45,778 nt of DNA, from contig CAWJRJ010000028.1 in assembly GCA_963845245.1 (NCBI GenBank), forward strand, positions 1-45,778. The letters are read 5' to 3'. Below the pieces are notes generated by a model. The model had not been told where the DNA came from. It saw only the letters and a program-made list of their open reading frames with translations, and searched no databases. This document shows positions 1 to 10,123 of the stretch, piece after piece. A program made the translations under genes and the position numbers. Each line of letters begins with the position of its first letter. Position 1 is the first letter of the stretch. This stretch comes from Nitrospirota bacterium. Its GTDB lineage: Bacteria > Nitrospirota > JACRHJ01.

Positions 1-2
1 TG

Positions 3-1376
3 CGCGACAGGTCCAAAGGGCTTTACGAAGACGCATGCAAAAAGGCAGGCCAGACACCGGAGACGCTAAGCGGCGCCGCCTCGTTCACCCCGGCATCCGA
101 TATGGCCGGTTTGCTTGCTCAGGGTGAAGCAGTATCGATAACGGGGCGCCAGGCCAGGCTGGGCGAGGATATCGCGGGCCTTCAGGAACTCCTTACCTAC
201 GGCATAAAGGGTGTGGCCGCATACGCCGACCACGCATATATAATGGGGCAGCAGGACGACGGGCTGTACCAGGGCATACACGAGGCGCTCGACTTCCTGA
301 ACGTCGAGACACCTGAGGTGGGCGACCTGCTCGGCATGTGCCTGAAGGCGGGCGAGCTGAACCTGAAGGCCATGGAGCTGCTCGACGCAGGCAACACGGG
401 CGAATACGGACACCCGGTCCCGACACCGGTGCGGATCAACCCGCTCAAGGGCAAGGCGATAGTGGTTTCGGGCCACGACCTGAAGGACCTCGAAGAACTA
501 CTGAAGCAGACCGAGGGCAAGGGCATAAACGTATACACGCACGGCGAGATGCTGCCCGCGCACGGCTACCCCGAGCTTAAAAAATACAGGCACCTCGCGG
601 GAAACTACGGCGGCGCGTGGCAGGACCAGGTAAAGGAGTTCGACGCATTCCCCGGCGCGATACTCATGACGACAAACTGCATCCAGCAGCCGAAGGAAGG
701 CTACAAGGGCCGCATATTCACATCGGGCCTTGTGGCATGGCCGGGCGTAACACACGTGGCAAACACGGACTTCACGCCGGTAATAGAGGCGGCGCTTGCA
801 GCCCCGGGCTTCGACGCGGACGGCGAGGACAAGACGATACTGACGGGCTTTGCAAGGAATACCGTGATGGGCGTGGCGGACAAGGTAATAGACGCGGTGA
901 AGTCTAAGGCGATACGCCACTTCTTCCTGGTGGGCGGCTGCGACGGGGCGAAGTCCGGCAGGAACTACTACACCGACTTCGCGAAGGCGGTGCCAAAGGA
1001 CTGCGTGATCCTGACGCTCGCATGCGGCAAGTACCGCTTCAACAAGCTTGAGTTCGGCGACATAGGCGGGATACCGAGGCTGCTCGACATCGGCCAGTGC
1101 AACGACGCATACTCGGCGATACAGATTGCGGTGGCGCTCTCGAAGGCTTTCAACTGCGGCGTAAACGACCTGCCGCTCTCGATGGTGCTGTCGTGGTACG
1201 AGCAGAAGGCCGTCAGCATACTCCTGACGCTTTTGTACCTGGGAATAAAGGACATAAGGCTTGGGCCTAGCCTGCCGAAGTTCGTAACACCGGCGGTGCT
1301 GGACGTGCTGGTTGAGAAGTTTGCGATAAAGCCGATTACGACGCCGGAGGAAGACCTGAAGGCGATACTGGGCTGA
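3..1376 (+). CDS. hcp: Hybrid cluster protein / hydroxylamine reductase (5' truncated by window edge)
   Basis: Frame open from base 3 (RDRSKGLYEDAC...). HCP motifs SGHDL, YTHGEMLPAHGYP, MTTNC, GGCDG, LACGKYRFN, GQCND, SWYEQKA. Confidence 0.96.
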   Translation, partial: RDRSKGLYEDACKKAGQTPETLSGAASFTPASDMAGLLAQGEAVSITGRQARLGEDIAGLQELLTYGIKGVAAYADHAYIMGQQDDGLYQGIHEALDFLNVETPEVGDLLGMCLKAGELNLKAMELLDAGNTGEYGHPVPTPVRINPLKGKAIVVSGHDLKDLEELLKQTEGKGINVYTHGEMLPAHGYPELKKYRHLAGNYGGAWQDQVKEFDAFPGAILMTTNCIQQPKEGYKGRIFTSGLVAWPGVTHVANTDFTPVIEAALAAPGFDADGEDKTILTGFARNTVMGVADKVIDAVKSKAIRHFFLVGGCDGAKSGRNYYTDFAKAVPKDCVILTLACGKYRFNKLEFGDIGGIPRLLDIGQCNDAYSAIQIAVALSKAFNCGVNDLPLSMVLSWYEQKAVSILLTLLYLGIKDIRLGPSLPKFVTPAVLDVLVEKFAIKPITTPEEDLKAILG

Positions 1377-1395
1377 TATGGGTTTGCTTAAAGAA

Positions 1396-1421
1396 AAGGG
1401 CCGGCTGAAAAGCCGGCCCTT
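1396..1421. terminator. Intrinsic terminator hairpin between convergent genes
   Basis: AAGGGCCGGCT-GAAA-AGCCGGCCCTT perfect stem 20 nt after the hcp stop. Confidence 0.8.
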
Positions 1422-1445
1422 GATTATTTGTGCAGTTAAGGCTGT

Positions 1446-1937
1446 TTAAACCTCACCAGGACCCACTGAGGGATGTAAATCTGATATCCCATCAGAAGCT
1501 GCTTCTTCTCCCTGAGGCTCGGCTTCCGGGACATTTTCATAATTGTACCGGTATTCCTTGCCTGGTTCTGCACCCAGGTCTATATAATACTTCATCCCCT
1601 TTTCCTTGACCTTCATCTCCCCGACCATGGGTTCTTTGGTATCGAATACGCCGTTGCCCTCTGTGTCTAGGAGCCGATATTCATACGGCAGGGCTCCGTT
1701 GGTATCCACGTCGTACCGGAATATGCGTCCAGCCACGCTGTATACCCTGACCATGGTGCCGTCAGGTTTTTTGTAGGTCTTGATATTGACCTCGGTGGCT
1801 GGAGTAGTGTCACCTATATACTGGTTCTCGTTAAGAATAATAGTGGCCTTTGAAATATCAGGCACCGCATAGCCTTCAGCGGCAAACGAAGCAACCGGGA
1901 CAAGCATCATCAGGCAGAAGATTATAATTTTTCGCAT
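1446..1937 (-). CDS. Secreted hypothetical protein; C-terminus probably frameshifted
   Basis: Signal-peptide-like MRKIIIFCLMMLVPVASFA with GGAGG RBS. An alternative frame after ~1527 reads KPSLREKKQLLMGYQIYIPQWVLVRFKQP*, which looks more protein-like. Confidence 0.7.
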   Translation of the reverse strand: MRKIIIFCLMMLVPVASFAAEGYAVPDISKATIILNENQYIGDTTPATEVNIKTYKKPDGTMVRVYSVAGRIFRYDVDTNGALPYEYRLLDTEGNGVFDTKEPMVGEMKVKEKGMKYYIDLGAEPGKEYRYNYENVPEAEPQGEEAASDGISDLHPSVGPGEV

Positions 1938-1973
1938 TGGCCCCTCCAGTTGTATTTAAACCAATTATAACAT

Positions 1974-1997
1974 AAAAAAAGCCGCCCGAAGGCGGCT
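1974..1997 (-). terminator. Intrinsic terminator after the repressor gene
   Basis: GCCGCC-CGAA-GGCGGC stem with an A7 run on + (U-tract on -). Confidence 0.8.
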
Positions 1998-2001
1998 GTT
2001 A

Positions 2002-2661
2002 CTAAAAGTCTCTTTGTTTTCTTATGACCTTGCCTACTATCCGCATGTCCTTGGTCATTTCTATGTCTTCGAACCGCGGGTTCAGCGGGTGCATCACCCA
2101 GACGCCCCGGTATTTTTTCAGCTGCTTGAACGTGGCCTCTTCCTCATCGTCCTTCTTGATTATCACATAGTCGCCGGGCTGAGGCTGGATCTCCGGGTCG
2201 ATGATTATGATCTCATCCTCAAAAAACAGCGGCTCCATCGAGTCGCCTTTTACACGCATGGAGAAAAGGTATCTGCCCTGAAGGTCCGTCTCGACATATT
2301 CCTCGGCCACGCCGGGGTAGGGATACTGGTCCGTGCCCGAGCCGAAGCCGCCGGCCTGGACAAAATTAATCAAAGGTATCCTGTTCTGTGCGACCGGCGT
2401 CTCCCTGACCACCTTATTTTCAAAGTATTCCTTGAATTCGGCCGGGGCTTTCTGGTGGTACGCGGTAAAGAGGAGGTCTTTGGGCTCGATACCCAATTTC
2501 CTGGCATATACAAGGAGCTGCTCATCCTTGGGTATATGGTCTTCCCCGACGACCTTCCTTAAAAGCTCATACGGCAGACCAAGCGTCTGGGCGCATTCCT
2601 TTACCGTGGAAAAGCCCTTCCTGTTTATTGCATCTTTAATCTTCTGGGCGACCGTTTTCAT
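2002..2661 (-). CDS. CI/LexA-like transcriptional repressor (N-terminal HTH + S24 autopeptidase)
   Basis: IPLINFVQAG (Ala-Gly cleavage site), RVKGDSMEP (catalytic Ser), EATFKQL (catalytic Lys), LNPRF, IVGKV. Confidence 0.88.
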   Translation of the reverse strand: MKTVAQKIKDAINRKGFSTVKECAQTLGLPYELLRKVVGEDHIPKDEQLLVYARKLGIEPKDLLFTAYHQKAPAEFKEYFENKVVRETPVAQNRIPLINFVQAGGFGSGTDQYPYPGVAEEYVETDLQGRYLFSMRVKGDSMEPLFFEDEIIIIDPEIQPQPGDYVIIKKDDEEEATFKQLKKYRGVWVMHPLNPRFEDIEMTKDMRIVGKVIRKQRDF

Positions 2662-2757
2662 AAAACACCTTTTTTCTCGACATAGTGCCTAAGTTAAAAA
2701 GGCTTCTTTTCAGCTTAAAGCTTTATCGGACGTTTTTCTCTTTAAAATAAACGGCTA

Positions 2758-3084
2758 TTACAGAAGAGAATCTATCTTGGATTTCAACTGCGCCTTGGGC
2801 ACCGCCCCTACGACCTGGTCAACCGCGGCGCCGTTTTTGAAAAACATCAAAGTCGGTATCCCCATTATCCTGTATTTGCTTGCTATGTCGGGGTTCTCGT
2901 CCGTATTGAGCTTGCAGACCTTCATCTTGCCTTCATATTCGCCGGCAAGCTCCTCGACTACCGGGCCGACCATCTGGCATGGCCCGCACCAAACGGCCCA
3001 GAAATCCACCAGGACCAGACCCTGTGCCTGCATTACCTCACCGTCCCACGTCCCGCTTGTAACCTTTAAAGACTTCTCACCCAT
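2758..3084 (-). CDS. trxA: Thioredoxin
   Basis: VDFWAVWCGPC, GIPTLMFFKNG. Start placed at MGEKS with GGGAGG RBS; 108 aa. Confidence 0.96.
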   Translation of the reverse strand: MGEKSLKVTSGTWDGEVMQAQGLVLVDFWAVWCGPCQMVGPVVEELAGEYEGKMKVCKLNTDENPDIASKYRIMGIPTLMFFKNGAAVDQVVGAVPKAQLKSKIDSLL

Positions 3085-3100
3085 GACAAACCCCTCCCTT

Positions 3101-3265
3101 TCATATACGTTTAATTGCTCCCCTGGGACACAGGGCGGAGCATGAGCCACAGACGTTGCAACCGATGCATATCTCATATGCATCCCCTGCCTTTACGATC
3201 AAGTCAAGCGGACAGGAAGAGGCGCAAACCCCACATCCGTCACATATATCTGTTATCTTATACAA
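3101..3265 (-). CDS. Small 2[4Fe-4S] ferredoxin (54 aa, TTG start; absent from ORF track)
   Basis: Manual translation MYKITDICDGCGVCASSCPLDLIVKAGDAYEICIGCNVCGSCSALCPRGAIKRI*, with two CxxCxxCxxxCP motifs. Confidence 0.9.
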   Translation of the reverse strand: MYKITDICDGCGVCASSCPLDLIVKAGDAYEICIGCNVCGSCSALCPRGAIKRI

Positions 3266-3349
3266 CTACTACCTGAATACGAAAAAAGCCCTTTAAGGGC
3301 CCTTATTGTTTATTATCTATAGTTAATATTGGCAACATAATCTTGAACA

Positions 3350-3378
3350 AGTTTAAGTTAAATTGTTATCCTTGTCAA
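3350..3378 (-). promoter_or_regulatory. Sigma70-type promoter upstream of ferredoxin-trxA
   Basis: Minus strand TTGACA-N17-TAAACT. Confidence 0.6.
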
Positions 3379-3404
3379 ACAAAAAATAATTCCTGATTAG
3401 CGGC

Positions 3405-3694
3405 TCAGCCGGCATCCTCTGTCTCTATTAAAGGCTTCTTCTTTAACCCAAGAAGCCTCTCAAGCTTGGACTTGTCAAAACCCATGACTACGGTACTCCC
3501 TGACCATGATTACCGGGACGGGATGTGCCGCCGCTTATCCTTTTGACGTCCCTCGCCGCGTCCGGGCTCCTTCGATATATCTATGTCCCTGAACTTTATA
3601 CCGTTCGCCTTCAGAAACCTTTTGGCCTTGGAGCAATATCCGCACGTCGGCGTGGAAAATACGAGAACTCTTGGTTGTTTCTTTGGTTTTCCAT
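3405..3694 (-). pseudogene. Glutaredoxin-like (YruB/NrdH-type) gene broken by about 4 single-base indels (pseudogene or sequence error)
   Basis: Frame-stitched translation MEKPKKQPRVLVFSTPTCGYCSKAKRFLKANGIKFRDIDISKEPDAARDVKRISGGTSVPVIMVGSTVVMGFDKSKLERLLGL..., with CxxC, SVP and GFD glutaredoxin motifs. Confidence 0.8.
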
Positions 3695-3709
3695 ACCATT
3701 ACCCTTTAG

Positions 3710-3738
3710 AAAAAAGGCCCCCCTAAGAAGGGGGGCCT
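3710..3738 (-). terminator. groEL intrinsic terminator
   Basis: AGGCCCCCCT-AAGA-AGGGGGGCCT stem preceded by an A-run on +. Confidence 0.85.
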
Positions 3739-3750
3739 CAAAAGGATATT

Positions 3751-5400
<1,650 letters not shown>

Positions 5401-5426
5401 TCATCCTCCTTGAATTTGAATTTGGA

Positions 5427-5687
5427 CTACGAGATTATTCCCAGGACTTCTTCTTCCTTCACGATGAGGTAATCCTCATTGTCTACATTTATCTTGCTTC
5501 CGGAGTACTTGTCAAAGAGGACGACGTCGCCGACCTTGACTTCCTCGACGTCCTTGCCGACGGCCTCAACCTTGCCCCTCTGGGGCTTTTCCTTGGCCGC
5601 GTCCGGAATGTATAACCCTCCGGCTGTCTTTTCCATCTCCTCTAAAAACTTGATAAACACTCTGTCTCCCAACGGCTTGAATCCCAT
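5427..5687 (-). CDS. groES: Co-chaperonin GroES (short, 86 aa)
   Basis: [36 protein letters not shown]; directly upstream of groEL. Confidence 0.98.
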   Translation of the reverse strand: MGFKPLGDRVFIKFLEEMEKTAGGLYIPDAAKEKPQRGKVEAVGKDVEEVKVGDVVLFDKYSGSKINVDNEDYLIVKEEEVLGIIS

Positions 5688-5726
5688 ATTCGTTCTCCTT
5701 TCATGTTTGGTTTGTATAAACTTTTA

Positions 5727-5753
5727 TTAGCACTCATTCATAGTGAGTGCTAA
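5727..5753. promoter_or_regulatory. CIRCE element (HrcA operator)
   Basis: TTAGCACTC-N9-GAGTGCTAA, an exact consensus match upstream of groES. Confidence 0.97.
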
Positions 5754-5762
5754 CGACAATGA

Positions 5763-5790
5763 AATATACCACAGAATAAATAAAAATCAA
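5763..5790 (-). promoter_or_regulatory. groESL promoter
   Basis: Minus strand TTGATT-N16-TATATT with TG extension, just upstream of CIRCE. Confidence 0.55.
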
Positions 5791-5843
5791 GGGGAAATTT
5801 CAGTTAAGTATAGCAAAAAATAAAAAAGAGGTTTTACGAAAAC

Positions 5844-5874
5844 AAAAAGAAAGGGGCAAGCAATGCTTGCCCCT
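5844..5874 (-). terminator. ctpA intrinsic terminator
   Basis: AGGGGCAAGC-AAT-GCTTGCCCCT stem with an A-rich run on +. Confidence 0.8.
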
Positions 5875-5898
5875 GTTCCGATTATATTCAGCCTATGC

Positions 5899-7287
5899 CT
5901 ATTTATGCTGGGCGGCGGGCATACCTTTCAGTATCGTAAGGCCCTTCAGGAGGTCCTTCGCGCGCTGGAGCTGGTAGTCGTCCTCTTCGCTTCTTTCAAT
6001 CGGCTCAGGCGGTACGGTGTTTTCCGGTGTTTCATTTATCTTGGGCTCCTTGGGAGCGGTTGCGCCATCCTTGCTCGGCTCCTCAGTCTTTTCCGGCTTC
6101 ACGGTCTCGTTTCCGAGATGCCTTTCAAGGTCTTTCTCGCGGAGCATATGCGGGAAATCGGTCTCCCTCTTCTTGCCCCCGGTGAGTTCCGGCTGCTTAA
6201 CCTCTATATCGGGCTTTATGCCGGTATTCTGTATGGAGCGGTCCTTCGGGGTATAGTATTTGGCGGTCGTCAGCCGGAGGCCAGAACCGTCCGAGAGCCC
6301 TATTACCGTCTGGACCGAACCCTTGCCGAAGGTCTGGGTGCCCATGATTACCGCGCGCCCCCAATCTTGGAGACAGCCGGCCACGATCTCAGAAGCCGAA
6401 GCCGATCCCTCATTGACCAGAACCACTATCGGCTGGACCGTATGGGGCGCCGAATTATTGGTAAAGAACTCGTCTTTTTCGCCATTCCTGCCCTTTATAT
6501 ATACGACCAGCTTGCCGGAAGGCAGGAACTCGCCGCTCACGTCGACCGCCATGTTCAGAAGACCGCCCGGGTCGTTCCTGAGGTCCAGGATGATGGACTT
6601 CACGCCCTTTTCATCGAACTCTTTAAGCGCCTTTTGAAGGTCTTCATCCGTCTTTTCCTGGAACTGGCTTATCCTTACATAACCTATGTCGCTGTCCAGT
6701 ATCTTGGACTTCACGCTCTTTATCTTTATTATATCCCTTGTGATTTTAAAATCCTTCGGCTGGGCGAAGTCCTCGCGAAGAACACTGATAACGACGGCAG
6801 TGCCCTTCGGGCCCCTCATCTTCTCAACGGCTTCGGTCAGGGTCAGGTCCTTTGTGGCAACGCCGTCGATCTTAACGATCTTATCGCCCGCCTTGATCCC
6901 CGCCTTGTATGCCGGTGTGTCTTCTATGGGCGCTATAACTGTAAGCATCCTGTCCTTCACACCGATCTGGATGCCAAGCCCACCAAACTCGCCCTTGGTG
7001 TCCACCTGCATCTCCTTATACATTTCGGGGGTCATAAACGATGAGTGCGGGTCGAGGTTGTTGAGCATGCCCTTGATGGCCCCGTAGATAAGGTCCTTGG
7101 AGCTGACCTCCTCCACGTAGTTTTTCTGGACCAATGACAGGACTTCAGAGAATATCTTAAGTTTATCGTATGTCTCGTTGTCGGCCTGGCTGTAACGTGC
7201 CATGCCGGTACCCATAAGCACGCCCATTACGAATATGACTACGAGTATCCATGGGGCGCTCTTCCTTGCTCTTTCTTTAAAACTCAT
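5899..7287 (-). CDS. ctpA: Carboxy-terminal processing protease (S41A, PDZ domain)
   Basis: LDPHS, GEFGGLGI, LDLRNDPGGLL, SASASEI, TFGKGSVQ; N-terminal signal/TM segment. Confidence 0.93.
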   Translation of the reverse strand: MSFKERARKSAPWILVVIFVMGVLMGTGMARYSQADNETYDKLKIFSEVLSLVQKNYVEEVSSKDLIYGAIKGMLNNLDPHSSFMTPEMYKEMQVDTKGEFGGLGIQIGVKDRMLTVIAPIEDTPAYKAGIKAGDKIVKIDGVATKDLTLTEAVEKMRGPKGTAVVISVLREDFAQPKDFKITRDIIKIKSVKSKILDSDIGYVRISQFQEKTDEDLQKALKEFDEKGVKSIILDLRNDPGGLLNMAVDVSGEFLPSGKLVVYIKGRNGEKDEFFTNNSAPHTVQPIVVLVNEGSASASEIVAGCLQDWGRAVIMGTQTFGKGSVQTVIGLSDGSGLRLTTAKYYTPKDRSIQNTGIKPDIEVKQPELTGGKKRETDFPHMLREKDLERHLGNETVKPEKTEEPSKDGATAPKEPKINETPENTVPPEPIERSEEDDYQLQRAKDLLKGLTILKGMPAAQHK

Positions 7288-7426
7288 CGACTCCTCCTCG
7301 TTTCAACAAGGCCGCTAGTGCACAACATTGTTTTGCCTGTCAAAAGGACGCCCCCTATAAACCGGGGGCCAGCCTTTCCGTATTTTTAAATTATACCCTA
7401 TAATACACGATAATTGAATATTTTTT

Positions 7427-8611
7427 TTATTTTTTCCTCTTGAGCCATTTGACCGGGTCCTGGGGCTCGGCCCCCTTCCTGACCTCAAAATATAGTGTCG
7501 GCCCGGCCGGTGAACCTGTATCCGCAAGGGATGCTATAACCTGTCCCTTTCCTACCTTGTCGCCGGCCTTTACCCGGACATCCGCCAGGTGCGCGTACAC
7601 GGTATACATATCTCCGCCATGCCTTAATATAGTCACCAGCCCGAGACCCTTAAAAAAGCTAGCAAAAGCCACCACAGCCCCGTCGATCGCCCTGACCTCT
7701 GAACCGGCCGGAGCCTGTATCTCTACTCCGTTCTTGAAGATGTAAGTATCGTATTCCGGGTGTTTCTGCTTTCCGAAGAAGCTTATTATCTTCCCCGTTA
7801 CCGGCCAGTCAAGCCCTGCCGTCAGGGCCGGGACCACTACAGCCGGTGCAGCAGGCTTGCCCGGGGCCGGCTTTGCCTTTTTCTCCACCTCAAGGCGCTT
7901 CAGCAGGTCGCGCATCCTGCGGCCGGACTCCTCAAGCTCTCGGGCCATCGCTTCGTAAAGGCCTTTTTTCTCCCTTATCGAGGCGAGCAGCTTCTTCTTT
8001 TCGGCTTCCTGCGCCTGCACCTTTTCCGCCTCGGCGTCACGCGCGCTTTTTATCTTATCGTATTCCTTGCGCTGGCCCTTAAGCTTTTCGTTGTAGTCGG
8101 CAACTTTTTCAAGGTCGCCTTTGTAAGCCTCCATCATAGCCTTGTCGCGCCTTGACATTACGGAGAGGTATTTGTACCGTCTGAGCAATGAGCCATAGTC
8201 CCCCGACACCAGGAGGACCCACGGCCCACCCGTGCGCTCGGTCTTGTACATCGCCCTTAGCCTGCTAGCCAGGTCGGCCTCCTTCGTCTTCACCTTTGAA
8301 CCGTACTTCTCCATCTCGGACGACGAGCCCTCGATCTCCTGGCTGACGCCGTTCAGCTTGCCTTCAAGCTTCCTGACTTCGGCACGCTTCTGGGCGAGGT
8401 TCTGGTCCATCCGCTCAAGGTCGGTCAGGACGGAGCGTTCCTGCTTTGCTGCCTCCTTTTCCTGCTTTTTTACGCCCTTGAGCTGTTCCTGTATCTTCTG
8501 AAGCTCGCTCTGGGTCTTGGCCTTTGATGGTTTTTCTTCGGCGTACGCGGGAATGGTAACAGTGAGCAGTACAAGCAGGGTGGCGGAAATTATCAGCATT
8601 CTCGATAACAT
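7427..8611 (-). CDS. envC: Murein hydrolase activator EnvC family (coiled coil + degenerate M23/LytM); start uncertain (8599-8647)
   Basis: Signal peptide, long coiled coil, WPVTGKI, NGVEI, YAHL, LYFEVR..DP; Zn ligands degenerate; adjacent to ctpA. Confidence 0.85.
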   Translation of the reverse strand: MLSRMLIISATLLVLLTVTIPAYAEEKPSKAKTQSELQKIQEQLKGVKKQEKEAAKQERSVLTDLERMDQNLAQKRAEVRKLEGKLNGVSQEIEGSSSEMEKYGSKVKTKEADLASRLRAMYKTERTGGPWVLLVSGDYGSLLRRYKYLSVMSRRDKAMMEAYKGDLEKVADYNEKLKGQRKEYDKIKSARDAEAEKVQAQEAEKKKLLASIREKKGLYEAMARELEESGRRMRDLLKRLEVEKKAKPAPGKPAAPAVVVPALTAGLDWPVTGKIISFFGKQKHPEYDTYIFKNGVEIQAPAGSEVRAIDGAVVAFASFFKGLGLVTILRHGGDMYTVYAHLADVRVKAGDKVGKGQVIASLADTGSPAGPTLYFEVRKGAEPQDPVKWLKRKK

Positions 8612-8654
8612 GCAGAGGATTCTATCAAGCTTGAGTGGAAAGGGCAAGGGGGAA

Positions 8655-9182
8655 TTAATGTTTCACTTTCTTTATATAGCCCACTAGCACAGATGCGGCC
8701 TCCTCTAGCGTCAACCTGCCGCAGTCTATTGCAAGCTCCGGGGAGAGTGGCTCCTCGTAAGGGACGTTCACGCCCGGCACCGGCCAGCCAGCCTCGCCCT
8801 TTTTGTATACGTCGCGCGGTGCAAACTCGTCCACCCGCGACTTCTCCCTGTCCCGGCATAATTCAATGGGGCAATTGACATAAACCTCATGGAAGTTCTT
8901 TATACGCATCCGCGCCCCGTCGCGCCACCTGCGTAGGTTGGCAGTGGCGTCGATTATGACGTCGTGGCCTTCTCTGGTCAAAACAATAGCGGCGAAGACA
9001 AGGGCCATGTAAAGATGGTCTCTCTCTTCGCCGCTATATGTCGGCACGGGCGTCACTACCCTGCGCATCTCGTCCATGTGCAGGATTGCAAGGCCCGGCA
9101 CCTCTTTCTTTGCCGCAAGCGCCAGCGTGGTCTTGCCGGAGCCTGGCAGGCCAGTCAACCAGAATGCCGCGCCCTCGGGCAT
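8655..9182 (-). CDS. Adenylyl-sulfate kinase-like P-loop kinase
   Basis: WLTGLPGSGKTT, EVYVNCPIELCRDRE, PGVNVPYEEP..PEL. CysC-like but divergent (LHMD in place of LDGD). Confidence 0.75.
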   Translation of the reverse strand: MPEGAAFWLTGLPGSGKTTLALAAKKEVPGLAILHMDEMRRVVTPVPTYSGEERDHLYMALVFAAIVLTREGHDVIIDATANLRRWRDGARMRIKNFHEVYVNCPIELCRDREKSRVDEFAPRDVYKKGEAGWPVPGVNVPYEEPLSPELAIDCGRLTLEEAASVLVGYIKKVKH

Positions 9183-9295
9183 TACTTCTTCTTGACTGTG
9201 TTCTTTGCCGCCTCTATCGCCTCGCGCTTACGAAGCTTTAGGGCCTGGTCCCTTCTGTGCCTTCTCCTGGCTATTTCCCTGTTTCTCATACGCAT
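9182..9295 (-). CDS. 37-aa highly basic small protein (absent from ORF track)
   Basis: AAGGAGG RBS, then MRMRNREIARRRHRRDQALKLRKREAIEAAKNTVKKK*. Its stop overlaps the kinase start (TAATG). Confidence 0.75.
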   Translation of the reverse strand: MRMRNREIARRRHRRDQALKLRKREAIEAAKNTVKKK

Positions 9296-9335
9296 GATTC
9301 AATCCTCCTTTGTTTATTTTTTATCCGTCCACGGG

Positions 9336-9364
9336 ATTATAGGTATTATAACCCCTGTTGTAAA
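9336..9364 (-). promoter_or_regulatory. Sigma70-type promoter for small ORF-kinase-envC
   Basis: Minus strand TTTACA-N17-TATAAT. Confidence 0.65.
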
Positions 9365-9375
9365 GCTAAAAGTCT

Positions 9376-10123
9376 CTAAAACCTCTTCCCCTTGTATCCG
9401 CGCGGGGTGACGATATAGTTCATGAAGCGGTAGCTGCTGGAGTTCCCGATGATCACCATAGTCGTCATGTCCACCTTGTCGAACGGCAGTTCGGCAAGCG
9501 TCGTCAGGATCACATCTTCCTCATCGCGGCGGGAATCCTTCACGATGCCCACCGGCGTATCGCCGTGCCTGTGCTCCATTATTATGTCGCGCGCCTCCTC
9601 AAGGCAGACCCGGCCTTCCCTTGCTCCTGGGGTTGTAAAGCGATATCACAAAGTCAGCCGAGGCCGCCGCGTGAAGACGCTTTTTAATAAGTTCCCAGGG
9701 CGTGAGCAGGTCGGAGAGCGATATCACCGCGAAGTCGTGCATCAGCGGCGCGCCAAGCGATGCCGCGGACGAGCATACGGCCGGAAGCCCCGGGACCACC
9801 TCGAAGTCGAACGGTATGTAGACCGGGTAAGCGTCCTTTATCACCTCAAGGGCAAGCCCAGCCATGCCGTATACGCCGGGGTCGCCGCTCGATATGAACG
9901 CCACATTCCTGCCTTCCGCCGCAAGCCGCACCGCCTCCTTGCAGCGTTCGGCCTCGGCTTTCATGCCGGTCGAGACTACTTCCCGGCCTTCGAGCAATTC
10001 CGGTATCAGCTTGATGTATGTGATATAGCCGACGATGGTGTCCGAAGACTCTATCGCAGCCTTGGCCCTTGGGGTCATGTAGTCCGCAGAGCCAGGCCCT
10101 ATGCCGATTACTTTGAGACTGCC
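9376..10123 (-). CDS. cbiH: Cobalt-precorrin-3B C17-methyltransferase (frameshift ~9609; no own start codon, possibly fused to CbiG)
   Basis: VIGIGPG, SSGDPGVYGMAG, LGAPLMHDFAVISLSDLLTPWELI, YNPRS, VDMTTMVIIGNS, TPRGY. Confidence 0.9.

Noticed and set aside
2002..2661. Prophage boundary implied by the CI-like repressor
   Set aside because: No integrase, att-like repeat, or phage structural or replication gene flanks it; the neighbours are host genes.
3101..3245. Structured ncRNA, or a 33-aa N-terminal extension of TrxA as in the ORF track
   Set aside because: The region is explained by the ferredoxin CDS in another frame, and trxA has its own RBS at 3084.
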